Shown: positions 12,101-24,410 of the stretch, piece by piece
Layout: the number at the start of each line of letters is the position of its first letter
Position numbering within the stretch: the first letter of the stretch is position 1
The notes under the pieces: generated by a model
Databases searched by the model: none
Seen by the model: only the letters and a program-made list of their open reading frames with translations
What the model was told of the DNA's origin: nothing
Program-made: the position numbers and the translations under genes
DNA from: Dendrobates tinctorius
Lineage: Eukaryota
Length of the DNA stretch: 64,000 nucleotides
NCBI RefSeq assembly: GCF_039654945.1
Contig: NW_027361738.1
Coordinates: 77,314,001-77,378,000, forward strand
Direction of reading: 5' to 3'

Positions 12101-14191
12101 TGTAATTCCCACAGTAAACATCCGCAGGCTCCGGCCACCTGCGGCTTTTGTAATGCATGTCTGGCCTGACGCTTGTCTATTGGCCGGCCCTCTGTATCTG
12201 GGTGATATATTCTGTGTCCTGTGAGTAAAGTGTTGTCAGACTTGAAATACATGGAGAAGCAGTGATCTTTTATATGCGCCCATGCACTCAGAGGAATTCC
12301 AGCCAGCGTCATTCATTCAGACTCCAGCCAACGCAGAGCGGACCTCCGAAAACACTGGGGGGTACTGAAAGATGTACCCCAGCTTGGAAGACCCCGTTAC
12401 ACTGGTGGCAGACAGCGGGATTTGATAACCCTTCTACAGGAGGAAAGGAATGAATGGAAAATAACTACCAGAAGTTAAAGTGGACTACATTAAAAGATCT
12501 GGTGGAAGCCCGAGGGTTGATCGCCAGCAACAAAACAAAAGCGGATTTGATAGCAGCCATCATGGAACACGACAGTGCAGCGCACCCCAATGTGAATGTG
12601 GAGGAGACCGAATTCCAGAGGGAGGTAAAGAACAGACTGGCGTTCTATGGCCCAAACCCTGCAGTAGAGATCATACAAGAGGTGATGGCTGATGTGCGTA
12701 CTGATCTGAAGGAAAAGATGGCCGAGCGGACCAGGATAGAGCTAGCCAAGATGGAAATGGCAGAGCGGACCAAAGTGGAGCTGGCCAAGATGGAGATGGC
12801 AGAGCTGAGAGAGGAGAGTAAGCGAGCAGGGGGAGCTCTGGCCTTCGACCAGGTACCTTCAACAGAAAGCCACAAAAAGATCCAGTATAATGCCTTCCGA
12901 CAGTTGGGGGAGGCAGAGGAAGACATTGATGGCTTTCTGCAGGACTTTGAGCGGCAGTGTGCCCTTCATCAAGTAAAGCCGGAGGAACGGGTTCAGATTC
13001 TGGCCAGCAAGCTGACAGGCCGGGCAGCGGACGCCTATCGCACGGTACCTGATGAGGACTGTATGGACTATGAGCGGATCAAAGAAGTGATCTTGGCCCG
13101 GTATGCGCTGACACCAGAGGCCTACCGCCAAAAGTTCCGCGGACTTATAAAACGCGTAACCGATACCCACGCTGAATGGGCCTGTAAATCACGGCGGTCA
13201 CTGCTACAGTGGGTACAAGGGAGCCAAGCAACCACTAAGGAGGACGTCCTCCAGCTCTTCCTGTTAGAACGATTCTTTAATGGACTAAACCCCGAGACAC
13301 AAGAATGGCTTCGGGACAGGCGGCCAACGACTTTGAGGAAGCCGCTCGTCTGGCCGATGAACATCATGATGCCAGGAGGCCGCAGTTCTCCGGATCAAAG
13401 GTGGTCACTAGGGGCCCGCCCATGGACCTGAGGGACCCCAAACCACTGAAGATTGTAGGGGGATCAGCTAGAAACCCGGCCTACCACAGTCCCCGTGGGG
13501 CGCGATGCCACACCTGCCGTCAGCTGGGCCACCTGCAAAGACAATGCCCCAACCGGACTCAGCATACCCAGTGGCCAAAGGCGGGAACAGCTACCTTCAG
13601 CCGGGCTGCTGTACACTGCTACCAAGGCGAAGCTGACCCGGCATTGGGGGCTACGACTAACCAAGGGGTGGAAGAGATGGAGGAAGTGCTGCATGAAGTA
13701 GACCCCGTGCAGGCAGCCCGGGCAGATAATCGACAACAGCATCGACAGGTCGTGTGGGTTAATGGGAAACGTATGCAGGGACTAAGAGATTCCGGAGCAA
13801 CTTTGACCCTTGTGAAGCCTCATCTCGTCCGGGACCAAGAGAAGATGGACCGGACAGTGGCAGTCCGTGTAGCAGGGGGAGCCATACATCGACTACCCAT
13901 TGCCAGGATTCACCTGAACTGGGGAGTCGGGGATGGCCTTGTTGAGGTCGGCTTGATGGAGGATTTGCCTGCAGACGTCTTGCTGGGAAATGACTTGGGG
14001 CCCATGTTGTCTGCATTCTCGGTGGCCCCTCTGGCTGAGACCTATCCTGTGACCACCCGGAGACAAGCTCGAGCTGCGGAGGCGGAATCACACTCAGAGG
14101 AGGCCCAGGTAAGACATCCCAGCCCTGCACGTATTCCCATAGCCAAACACATTTCTTGGGCCACCCCAGATGAATTTAAGAGGGAATTACA
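12101..14191 (+). mobile_element. Truncated Gmr1-like (SCAN-bearing) Gypsy element G: 5' LTR, PBS, gag, protease
   Basis: LTR at 12101-12401 (TGTAA...TTACA). PBS TGGTGGCAG... at 12403 is tRNA-Leu-like. gag-PR ORFs follow. No RT, integrase or 3' LTR. Confidence 0.85.
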
Positions 14192-14219
14192 AAGGTGGGG
14201 GGAGGGCGGACACTTCTGA
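12454..14219 (+). pseudogene. gag-protease of element G (SAP-like N-terminus, capsid/SCAN, CCHC knuckle, aspartic protease), one frameshift near 13335
   Basis: LTPEAYRQKFR...LERFFNGL...WLRDRRP (SCAN-like), CHTCRQLGHLQRQC (zinc knuckle), GLRDSGA and VLLGNDL (protease). Split between ORFs 12454-13431 and 13305-14219. Confidence 0.85.
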
Positions 14220-16150
14220 TACATTAGGGACATGCATCTCACATGGAACCTATTATATATACATATAACTGCACAACATATTCTGGGTGCTGAGTGGTTC
14301 TGTAACAATGATGAATAAACATTTCTTATACTAAATTTCCCAATGTGAGAGGCACTCATTCTTAAACGTTACCAACAATTATTAACTATCTAAAATTCTA
14401 AGTCAAAAGTGCAGTTTTTACTTAATTCAAAGTGCTAGTATCTGTTACTCTCTATCACTTCTGTATTCTTCATCTTTCCATCTCTAGTACACATTTCTTT
14501 TCTCTCTCTAGTGCACATTTTCTACTTTCTCTCAACTCTGAGTGATAACCCTGATGCACCATATTCATTTTCAATTCTTTATTCAAATCTTTCATCTCTG
14601 TATCAAAACATTCCTAATTCTATATAAAAGCAATTTCTTTGTTACCAATACTCTTATAAAACACATCATAATCAAATACTTCACATTAAAACTTTTCAAT
14701 AATTCTTGTAAGTGCTGGACACCGCTCCCAGCCGGGATCTCTTGCAGTGTCCTTTAATTGGAGTCATGCTCCAAATGAGGTAGACTTAATCTTCGCAAAG
14801 TGTCCATATGTAAAAGCAAGAGAGGGCACCTAAAGAGGTGCAGCTATTTACAAACAAAAGTTTTTGGATCACTCCAAGTTCATGATCGCTTAGTTCAATA
14901 GGAAGGCTGCCAACCAAAACAAGGCAACACTGGGAAAACAAAACTGAACCATGATGGTCAAAAAATAGAACAAAAGGCACAACGGTGCAAATAAACCCTC
15001 CTGGGTAACGAGAGTTACTAGTACAGGTAACTAATGCTGATCCCCTCCTGGGGTTCTGGAAGCTTGGGAACTGCTACCAGATGTAACACTTTGGGTGTCT
15101 TCATCCTGCTGCTGGTTGCTTGCTAATTGCATGTACTCTGCTTCCCACAAGGAGAGATAGGGACTGGTCGGGGTAATGGAAAGGGCCATAGAAACGTCTA
15201 CTGCCTGCGGGGACGGTATATCCGCTATCTCTGATGGCGCTTCTGCTGTCGTTGGTGACTCAGCCAGCGCTGTCACCGGTTCTTCGGGATCCGATTCCTC
15301 AGTGTCCATCGGGACCTCGGGTGGCAGCACCGCAGCCTGGGGCTGCCGGCGGAGGTCAATTGGGCAATTCTTATCTGTGCGTTCTGTTCCCAAGACTAGG
15401 GTTAGGTCTGGGGCAGTGGTCGTACCTTGTGCCTCCAGGCGAGGTTCCAGTTCCGGCACCTGGTAGTGGACAACGGGAGCCGCAACGCCCGGAGTTTTAG
15501 ATGGGATGGACCGCAGTTGGATTCGGGCCGGGGCAAGGCCAGTTTCGGCTGGGGTCGTCGGTGGAGGCCGGTGCAACCACGCCCGGTTCAGACAGAGATG
15601 TGGTCCCGGCCCTCCGTTCTGCTCCAAAGCCCTCATATATCTCCTCCAGACGGGACTCACCCAATGGCAATATCGGTTGTAAGGTGGTGGCGGACGCTGC
15701 AGCCGATGGATCAGTGGTCGCAGCCTCTGCAGGGGAGGCCTGGGGGCGAGTGACTTCTCCTCCCCCCCGTTCTTCTGTCTTCTCTTCTCTTTTCATCGTG
15801 GCGTTCTGGCGTTCTTCTCCCTCCTCTCTCGGCCCCTTTCCCGCCACTGGCTTCTGCCCCTCCTTCCGGGGGCGGCGTCTTCTTCCAGCGCCTCGATACC
15901 AAGCCAGTATACGAACCCCTCAGGGGGTGGGCCATGTTGCTGTTACATAGTAATTCATGCAGGGGAGGCCCAAGAATCTTCGTGGTCTTTTCCTAGGACC
16001 TCCCATCTCTTCACGCTCTTCTTCTCCACGCCAACGGCCATTTATAATGTTCATTTCACAGTCTATCAAATTGGGTCTTCTGCACATTCGCAAAAGTTTT
16101 AAGTCCAAAAAATCTTGGGCGCACAGAACCCGATGGTATCGGGTCTCGTA

Positions 16151-16168
16151 ATCCTGTTCGTGACGCCA
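16151..16168 (-). promoter_or_regulatory. Primer-binding site complementary to the tRNA-Ser(CGA) 3' end
   Basis: TGGCGTCACGAACAGGAT lies 3 nt after the LTR CA. Its complement ATCCTGTTCGTGACG+CCA matches my recollection of a vertebrate tRNA-Ser-CGA 3' end. Confidence 0.8.
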
Positions 16169-17635
16169 AGTTGGGTCGCCCTCCCAGGGCTGTGGGGTAC
16201 TCGGTACCGGGCCGGTATCAGTGGGATGTGTCACAGTGGCGGTGACCCGGACCGTGGCCCTGGGCTCCCAAGTAAATAGGAAGGTGTGAATGCTATTAAA
16301 TGAATAGTTTGTGACGCCACCTGTGGTGTTCGGCAAGGGAGGTGTTAAGCTGACGCTGCAGACAGATCCTCTGGGACAGATGGTGTGGTGCAGCAAGGAT
16401 GGTATAGCCCTCCACAGGCAGGGCTGTTGTCCCAGGGCAGTGTAGATGTGGAGAGACTTAGATGATGTAGTGTCCCGTGCAGGGGATGTAGCAGTGCCAG
16501 GCGGACGGAAGCAGGAAGGAATGGAGGACACCAGGGCATGTAGTTCCAAAGCTTTACTCACAGTCTGTAGTGCCCGCTTCTGTGCCGTGTCCTCCGGGTC
16601 AGGGACTCAGTCAACCTCCAGGCAAGATGGAATGCTCCCTTCCACACTCCGCCAACTTATATGCCTTTTCTGAACGTCTACTCTATAGCGCCTTAAGTGT
16701 GAAGATCTCCTAGTACTGTGTTACACTGGAGTTCCTCCTGACAGATGTTCCCAAGAACTCTACTTGCACGGCAGACAGCTGTAGCCTGCTTCGGGGACTT
16801 TCTACTCCTAAGTCCCGGCTCTCTATCCGTGTTGCTGTTGTGCCCTCAAGTCTTAGATGGGAGTAGTGCATTTACAGCCCACTACTCCACCGGTGTCTGT
16901 TGCAGAACCATTAGTGTCCATACAACCTCGGGGACCGGGCCCCGGCCTTGCGCTTAGAACTTCTAGGCAGGGTTCTTCCTCTAACCCACGTCCTCTGTGT
17001 TCCCTTTTACTCCTACGTTCTGTACTTGTCCTTTCTCTTCTATGGAAGCTCAGGCTTCAGTTCAATGTCTTTCTCCTTTCCTTTCCTGTGCCAGCTGGCT
17101 CAGATCACTGCCAAGGAGAGCTGCTACTGCAGCGCGGCGTGGACACTGCCGCTAAACGACAAAGCTATGACGCAAGCGCAAATGTCGGAAGCTAGCAGCT
17201 GTGAATGTTGCAAGAGAGGAGCGCTGGCGCTGATTCTAACTCAGTCCCTAACCACATATGTAATATCAGAAGGAAGGGGTTTCATAATGAGTCATTCACC
17301 AGAATCATACATCGGTCCTCATACACACAGCAGCAAGTAAGTCTATTCTAGCGCATGGCGGAACAGCCATGCGCGCCTTTTATAGCAGCCGGGACCTTCT
17401 GCAAGCTTCCAGATCTCTGAGATCGACCAATGAGATCTGGGGCAGGACCTGAGCACATGACTAGATCGTCCCATTAGCATGCTCAGTAGGAGGGCAGATG
17501 GACTTAGCCTCAGGAGAGATTTGCTGCAAGGCAATCTCCTCTGCAATCTCCTCTGCAGTAGGTAAACCGCAGGAGACTGCAGAATGTGAGGGTCTGGATC
17601 TCTGCAGAGTAAACGCAGAAATCCGACGCCTAACA

Positions 17636-20415
17636 GCGTCTTTGCCTCCTCATAGGAGTTATGACTGTGCAATTGAGTTGATGCCTGGGTGTAAATTTCC
17701 CAAGGGCCGGCTTTTCAACTTATCTGTACCCGAACATGATGCTATGCGATCCTATATTAAGTTATTGGAGAAGGGTCATATTAGACCATCCTGCTGAGGT
17801 TTTTTTTGTGGCCAAGAAAGATGGTTCATTAAGACCTTGTATTGATTATTGTTCCCTTAACAAGATGACGGTTAAATATCAGTACCCGTTACCCCTGATG
17901 TCTGATTTATTCTCCAGAGTTAAAAGTGCCTGCTGGTTTACTAGGCTTGACCTCAGGGGGGCGTATAATCTTATTCCCATCAAGCACGGGGATGAATGGA
18001 AGACGGCGTTTAATACTCCAGAGGGATATTATGAGTACCTGGTGATGCCTTTTGGGCTCACTAATGCCCCTTCTGTCTTCCAATCCTTTATGAATGATAT
18101 TTCCTGGGACTTTGTGGATAAGTTTTTGATCATTTATCTGGAAGATATTTTGATCTTTTCCAGTGATTGGGATTCTCATGTGGAACATGTCCGTACTGTG
18201 TACCGGATTTTGAGGGAGAATTCCCTGTTTGTTAAGGGATCGAAATGCCTCTTTGGTGTACAGAGGATTTAATTTCATTTTTGGGATTAATTTTGTCTCC
18301 GTTGACTATTGAAATGGACCAGACCAAGGTACAGGCCATTTATGATTGGGTTCAGCCCACTTCTTTGAAGGCTCTCCAGAAGTTTTTGGGTTTTGCTAAT
18401 TTCTATCGTAAATTTATAGGTAATTTTTCTGGTATTGTCAAACCACTGACTGATCTGACCAAAAAGGGCGCTGATGTGCTGAATTGGTCTCCAGAGGCTG
18501 TCTCAGCATTTCCGGAGCTTAAGAGGAGATTCAATTCTGCTCCGGTTTTACGGCAACCTGATGTCTCACTTCCATTTCAGGTGGAGGTAGATGCTTCCGA
18601 GATTGGTGCAGTAGCTGTTTTGTCCCAAAAAGATCCTGTGACTTCTAAAATGAATCCCTGTGCCTTCTTTTCTCGAAAGTTCTCCCCATCTGAACGCAAC
18701 TATGACATGGAGAATTGGGAATTGTTGGCCATGAAATGGGCATTTGAAGAGTGGAGACATTGGTTGGAGGGAGCTAGACATCAAGTTGTGGTCCTCACCG
18801 ACCACAAGAATTTGATTTATCTGGAGTCGGCCAAACGCTTGAATCCTAGACAGGCTAGGTAGGCCTTGTTTTTCACGCGTTTTAATTTTGTGGTCTCTTT
18901 TCTTCCAGGCAATAAGCATGTTAAGGCAGACGTCCTTTCTAGGAGTTTCTTTGCTGATTCTCTAATTGTAACCGAGCCTACTACCATCCTAGGTGAGGGG
19001 GTAGTTCTTTCTGCCATTTCGCCCGATTTGAGACGTGCCCCGGAGGAATTTCAGGAGGATAAACCTGAGCGTTGTCCTATGGGAAAATTGTATGTTCCTG
19101 ACCAGTGGAGGAAGAGAGTGATGTCTGACGTTCATGACTCCGCATTGGCTGGTCATCCAGGTATTTTTGGTACCAGAGATTTGGTGAGTCGGTCTTTTTG
19201 GTGGTCTGCCTTATCTCGTGATGTCAGGAATTTTGTGCAGTCCTGTGGGACTTGTTCTAGGTCTAAACCCAGTTCTCGTTCTAGTGGGTTGTTGATGCCC
19301 CTGCCGATGCCCAAGAGGCCATGGACCCATATCTCAATGGATTTTATTTCTGATCTTCCTGTCTCTCAGAAAATGACTGTTATCTGGGTGATTTGTGATA
19401 GATTTTCTAAGATGGTCCGTCTTGTACCATTCCCAAAGTTGCCATCTTCCTCAGAGTTGGTGCCCTTGTTTTTACAACAGGTGGTTCGGTTGCATGGGAT
19501 TCCTGAGAACATTGTGTTGGACAGAGGAGTCCAGTTTGTTTCCAGAATCTGGAAAGCCTTTTGTTCCAATCTGGGAATTCAGTTATCTTTCTCCTCTGCG
19601 TTTCATCCTCAGACCAATGGGCAGACTGAGAGAACAAACCAGACTTTGGAGTCCTATTTGAGATGTTTTATATCTGTTGATCAGGATGACTGGGTCTCAT
19701 TTTTGCCCTTGGCAGAATTCGCGCTAAACAATAGAGCTAGTTCTGCCACTTTGATGTCGCCCTTTTTCTGTAACTTTGGGTTTCATCCTCGATTTTCTAC
19801 AGGGCAAGTGGAATCTTCAGCCTGCCCAGGTGTGGACACTGTGGTAGAGAGAATGCAGCAGATTTGGGACCAAGTGGTGGATAAGTTTCTTGTCACTCTC
19901 TCAGGAAATGGCCCAGCGGTTTTCCAACTGGCAGCCCCCGGCTTAAAGTGGGTGATATGGTTTGGTTGTCGTCCAAGAATATCTCTATGAAGGTTGCGTC
20001 TCCAAAGTTCAAGCCAAGATTTATTGGACCTTATAAGATTTTGGAGATTCTTAATCCTGTTTCTTTTCGATTGGCTCTTCCAGTTACGTTTAAGATCCAT
20101 AACGTATTTCACAAATCGCTGTTGAAGAGGTTTGTTGAGCCAGTAGTTCCTATGGCGGCACCTCCTGACCCTGTATTGGTTAAAGGCAATGTGGAATATG
20201 AGGTAGAGAAAATATTGGATTCTCGTTTTGCTAGACGTAGACTCCAGTATTTGGTCAAATGGAAGGGTTATGGCCAGGAGGATAATTCTTGGGTCTCTGC
20301 CTCTGACATTCATGCCAATAGATTGGTTCGTGCTTTTCACCGGGCCCATCCTGATCGGCCTGGTGGCGTGGATGAGGGTTCGGTGACCCCTCCTCAAGGG
20401 GGGGTACTGTTGTGA
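17636..20415 (+). pseudogene. pol of element A (RT, RNase H, integrase, chromodomain), with frameshifts and stops
   Basis: [15 protein letters not shown] (YxDD mutated), VEVDAS, ISMDFISDLP, GQTERTNQ and YEVEKILDSR...YLVKWKGY across four broken ORFs. Confidence 0.93.
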
Positions 20416-21313
20416 ACTCATTTTCTGGTCTGCCTCTGGGAACTGTTTGTGCTGACAGAGGAGTTGTGAGTTCTCTTTCCGGGCTCTCTCTGGTGGTGGC
20501 AGGAGGTAATGAAGCTGATCTAATTAACAGATACCTGCCACCTGATAATGAAGATGAGGATTAGACATCTGGAGTCTTAGACTGGATTTAAGACAGCCGA
20601 CTTCCTATTCCCATGCTGGTGATTTTTTCCTGCCTCCTGAGGTCTTAATTTCCAGCTCAGTTCCTGCCTTCTCAAGCTAAGTTGTCTCTGCTAATGTTCA
20701 CATTTGATTTGGTTTGGTCTATTCTGTTTTTTGTGTGGTCAGCCAGCCCCGGCTGGGGCTGTGCTGAATTTCAACTCTTATGTTACTGTATGTGCCAGCT
20801 TGCTTTTTGTCCCTGATTAGATTTACCTCTTTATGCTCTGTTCTCAGAATATGCCAGAGTGCTGATATAGTGGGTGAAGTCTAGTGACTTCAGGGTTTTT
20901 TTTTTGTCATCAGAAGTGTTGGACATTTTTGCTGTTTTTTTGGCGTGATTGCAGATAGTATCTTTCCTTTCCTGTCCTTTCTAGTTAGTGTGGACCCCAT
21001 CATTTGCTCAGCCTATTTTCCTACCTGTGTGTGTGCTTTCATCTTGTTTCACCGTCAATACATGTGTGGGGCTGTCTATTCCTTTGGGGTCTGCTCTGGG
21101 GCAGTTTAGATTTCCCCTTTTCTTGCTTTAGGCTTATTTAGTCCTCCGGCTGTGACGAGGCGTCTAGAATCATCGTAGGTATGCTCCACGGCTGCTGTTA
21201 GTTGTGTGGTTAGGATCAGGGGTCTGCAATTTCTCATAGTTACCAACCTCTCTGGTTTTCTGTGACTTAGCTTGGTTTTGTTTTCCTCCATGGTGACCCA
21301 ATCATAACACTCC

Positions 21314-23257
21314 TGTCATGATCCAGCGTGGATCTGACAGATTAAATGGATAAGTGAACTTTTTTCCCTTTGGCTAGGTGCCAAAGTGATGTGATTGCCC
21401 CTGGTGGCCATTAGAATTATTACACGTGGTGTCATTCATTCTAAGTTGCCCCGGTGGTGGTGAGTGGTAGTGCACTTTAGTTTCTTTGGTTTAGTGCACG
21501 TAATTATAAATCAGGTGTGAGGCTCTTTAAAAGAGTTCAGGTGGGTTTGATGACTGTTGGTGATATTGATAGTTCATCATTTGGGAAGCAAGCCTGGGTG
21601 ATGAAGGAGCTGAACATGAGTCCTGCGCAGCCCAGCCAGAGGGGACGAGTGGCAGCTATGTTGTCTGCAAGAAGGGCTGGCATGGTGTGGTGGAGTCACA
21701 GTTTATGGTGTCGGCAGGAAGTGCTTGCATGGCTTGGTGAAGTGACGACTATGGAGAGAGTTGCACTCAGCATGCGGGACTTGGTTGCTGAGAGCTGGAC
21801 TCAAGCATGCTTGACTTTTTGGGCAGGAGCTGAACTCATCTTTTGGACTCTGTTACTGGACTTCTGCAATTGGTGGTGGACTCTGCTCCAAGGCTGCACT
21901 ATGGTGAAGGATCCAGTTATGGTGATGGATCCGGGTGGAGAATATGCACACAGGTGGTGGGCTCTGTTGCTAGGAGCGTACGCAACAGAGCAAAGCTAAG
22001 TGGTGTTTCCCCTGTATTGTCATTTTCCCTCATGTGTGTTTAGTGCAGTGGTGGGATTAGTTTCCGTACCGACCAATTCCCTAGTGAGGGGTTAGGTTCA
22101 GGGCGAGCTAGGATTTTTAGGTTCCTGTGCGTCGCTCGGTGCGGAACCGGCATAGGGAACGTTAGGTGTTGTGAGTTCATTTTCCACTCCGTCACTGAGG
22201 CCTGGTGAACTCCCTATTCTAGTGAAGGAAGGTAGTGAGCCTGATTATCAGGCACCTGGGACTAATGAAGACGATTGGCTGAGTGGAGTCACTGACTGGA
22301 TTTTACGCAGCCTACGCCCTTTCTGCCCTGCGGGTGATTTCTCTGTGGACTCTTGGACACCAGTCTGATTCCTGCTCTCCTAAAGCTAAGTTTTCTGTTT
22401 TACCTTTTTGCATCTAAGATTTGTTTTTGTTTTTCTTGCCTTTTGGATTCTGCCACTCCCTGCTGGAGTGTGCAGTGTTCCTAGAGCTCTGTCTTCTGAA
22501 AGTACCTGAGTGCTGATTTAGTTTTTGAAGCTTAGTTGCTTCAGGGCCATTTTTATATCAGCTTGTTGGCTTTGTCTCTGATAGGGTTTTGGCAGATGGC
22601 AGACAGCAGCCTTCCTATCCGTTCCTATCTATGTAGTTTTTGGGCCCCGTCTTTGCTCAGCCTGTCTTTCTGTCTGTGTAAGTGTTTTCATCTTGCTTCA
22701 CCATCATTATATGTGGGGGGCTGCCTATTGCTTTGGGGTCTGCTCTGGGGCAGTTAGATTTCCCCTTTCCTTCTTTAGGCCTATGTATCTCTCCGGCTGT
22801 GATCGAGGGGTCTAGGTCATCGTAGGAACCCCCCACGGCTAATGCTAGTTGTGTTGATAGGTTCAGGGGTCTGCAATCTGATAGTTGCCAACTTCTCTGG
22901 TTTTCAGGACTAGCTAGCATTTCTGTTTTTGCCTCCTACGGTGACTCAATCATAACAGTTAGGAGTGCAGAGACACTGGAGGTCTCCTCTTCCCTATTCC
23001 CTATTGCAGGGCCCACCATTGTTAATGTTACCCAGGTTCCCCCTTTATTATTTAAATTTGCCTTACTGGAGGCAGGGTTTCCAGACTACTGTATGTATAA
23101 CGTGTAATACCTAAATTCGCCAGTTGGAGGCGGCGTATCCAGCTGAACGTTTTATTATTTAAATTCGCCCCACTGGAGGCGCTGTATCCAGGGTCACGGG
23201 TGTCTTATGGGTTCGCCTTGCGGTACTCGCTGCGTCCAGACACACGTGACCGTGACA
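21314..23257 (+). mobile_element. Solo LTR C, itself containing solo LTR D
   Basis: Termini TGTCATGA...CGTGACA flanked by ACTCC (21309-21313 and 23258-23262). Confidence 0.8.
22167..22957 (+). mobile_element. Solo LTR D, a relative of the element A LTR
   Basis: TGTTGTGAG...CAATCATAACA. Its 3' half aligns with the A LTR. Flanked by GTTAGG on both sides. Confidence 0.85.
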
Positions 23258-23262
23258 ACTCC

Positions 23263-24410
23263 TCTAACTTTGTTCCTAAAAATAGCAGCTATGGGTTCTT
23301 TTAGGCAGCTGCCTAGCACTCTAAAAATGAAAATGGAGGAGGCCCACAAAGCAGTAGAAGGCTATAAGAAAATAGCAAAGTGTTTTCAAGTTGCCCTTTC
23401 CTCTGTTCAAAATGTAAGTAAGAAATGCCAGTTATCAGGAAGAGTAAAGGTCAAGATAAGGTATGGAAAACCAAGCAAAATTAAAGTGAGAGCTGCTCAT
23501 AGGATTGCAAGAGGGGCAAATCAGAGAGCCCCTGCTTGATGGCAAAAGACCTCCAGAAAGATTTAGCAGACTCTGGAGTTGTGGTACATTGTTTTCACTG
23601 TTCAGAGACACCTGCACAAATATGGCCTTCATGGAAGGGTCATCAGAAGAAAACTTCTCCTGCATCCTCACCATTAAATTTAGCATCAGACGTGTGCAAA
23701 AGAACATCTAAACAAGCCTGATGCATTTTGGAAACAAGTCCTGTGGACCGATGAGGTTAAAATAGAACTCTTTGGCCACAATGATCAAATGTATGTGTGG
23801 AGAAAAAAGGGCACATAATTTCTGGAAAAGAACATCTCACCAACCATTAAGCACGGGGGGATCAATCTTGCTATGGGGTTGTGTTGCAGCCAATGGTACG
23901 GGGAACATTTCATGGGTAGATGGAAGAATAGATTCAATGAAATTTCAACAAATTCTTGATGCAAACATAACACCATCTGTAAAAAAGCTGAAGGTGAGAA
24001 GAGGAAGAGGATGGATTCTACAAATGGATAATGATCCTAAACACACGTCACAATCCACAATAGACAACCTCAAAAGACGCAAGCTGAAGATTTTACAATT
24101 CCCCTCACAGTCCCCTGATCTGAACATCATTGAAAATCTGTGCCCAGACCTCAAAATAGCAGAGGATGCAAGACGACCCAGGAATCTCACAGAACTGGAA
24201 GAATTATCCAAGGATGAATGGATGAAAATCCCTTGAGCAAGAATTGAAAAACTTATCTGGCTACAAAAAGCGTTTACAAGATATGATACTTGCAAAAGGG
24301 GGTGCTAGTATGTACTAACCATGCAGGGTGCCCATTTCCCGTTTTAAAATTTGTAAGATTTAAAAAAATTACATATATTTTTTTTTCAAAAAATACTAAG
24401 TAAATGTGAA
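23263..24410 (+). mobile_element. Tc1-like transposon, transposase pseudogene (right part)
   Basis: Starts MGSFRQLP at 23290. DD34E-type motifs WTDE (~23745), QMDNDPKH and SPDLNIIENL. Several frameshifts. Confidence 0.9.

Larger units (their letters stand above)
11988..14312. repeat. Long inverted repeat: arms 11988-12110 and 14182-14312
   Basis: The arms are reverse complements apart from a few substitutions and one ~8-nt indel. Confidence 0.93.
10620..17110 (-). mobile_element. Non-autonomous LTR retroelement (F), tRNA-Ser primed, 5' LTR truncated
   Basis: 3' LTR at 11907-10620 (minus strand TGTGGCG...GACCCA) is preceded by PPT CAGGGGGGTA. Second LTR copy at 17110-16172. PBS at 16168-16151. 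No RT or integrase motifs in the internal region. Confidence 0.82.
10450..17635. mobile_element. Remnant of a second LTR element (E): two copies of a ~170-bp segment, with a ...CTAACA terminus
   Basis: 10450-10619 is repeated with substitutions at 17139-17309. The foreign sequence ends at 17635, where element A pol ([10 protein letters not shown]) resumes. Confidence 0.55.
8719..21309 (+). mobile_element. Degenerate Ty3/Gypsy chromovirus (Sushi/Tf1-like), element A, carrying nested insertions
   Basis: Paired diverged LTRs at 8719-9631 and 20408-21309 (TGTTGTGA...CATAACA). Polypurine tract (PPT) AAGGGGGGGTAC precedes the 3' LTR. gag at ~9764-10450 and broken pol at 17636-20415. Confidence 0.93.

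Noticed and set aside
13305-13431. Programmed frameshift in element G gag
   Set aside because: The break falls inside the SCAN-like domain with no slippery heptamer or structure. A 1-nt deletion is the simpler explanation.
16151-16168. tRNA-Ser gene
   Set aside because: Only the 3' 18-19 nt including CCA are present. This is a retroelement PBS, not a tRNA gene.
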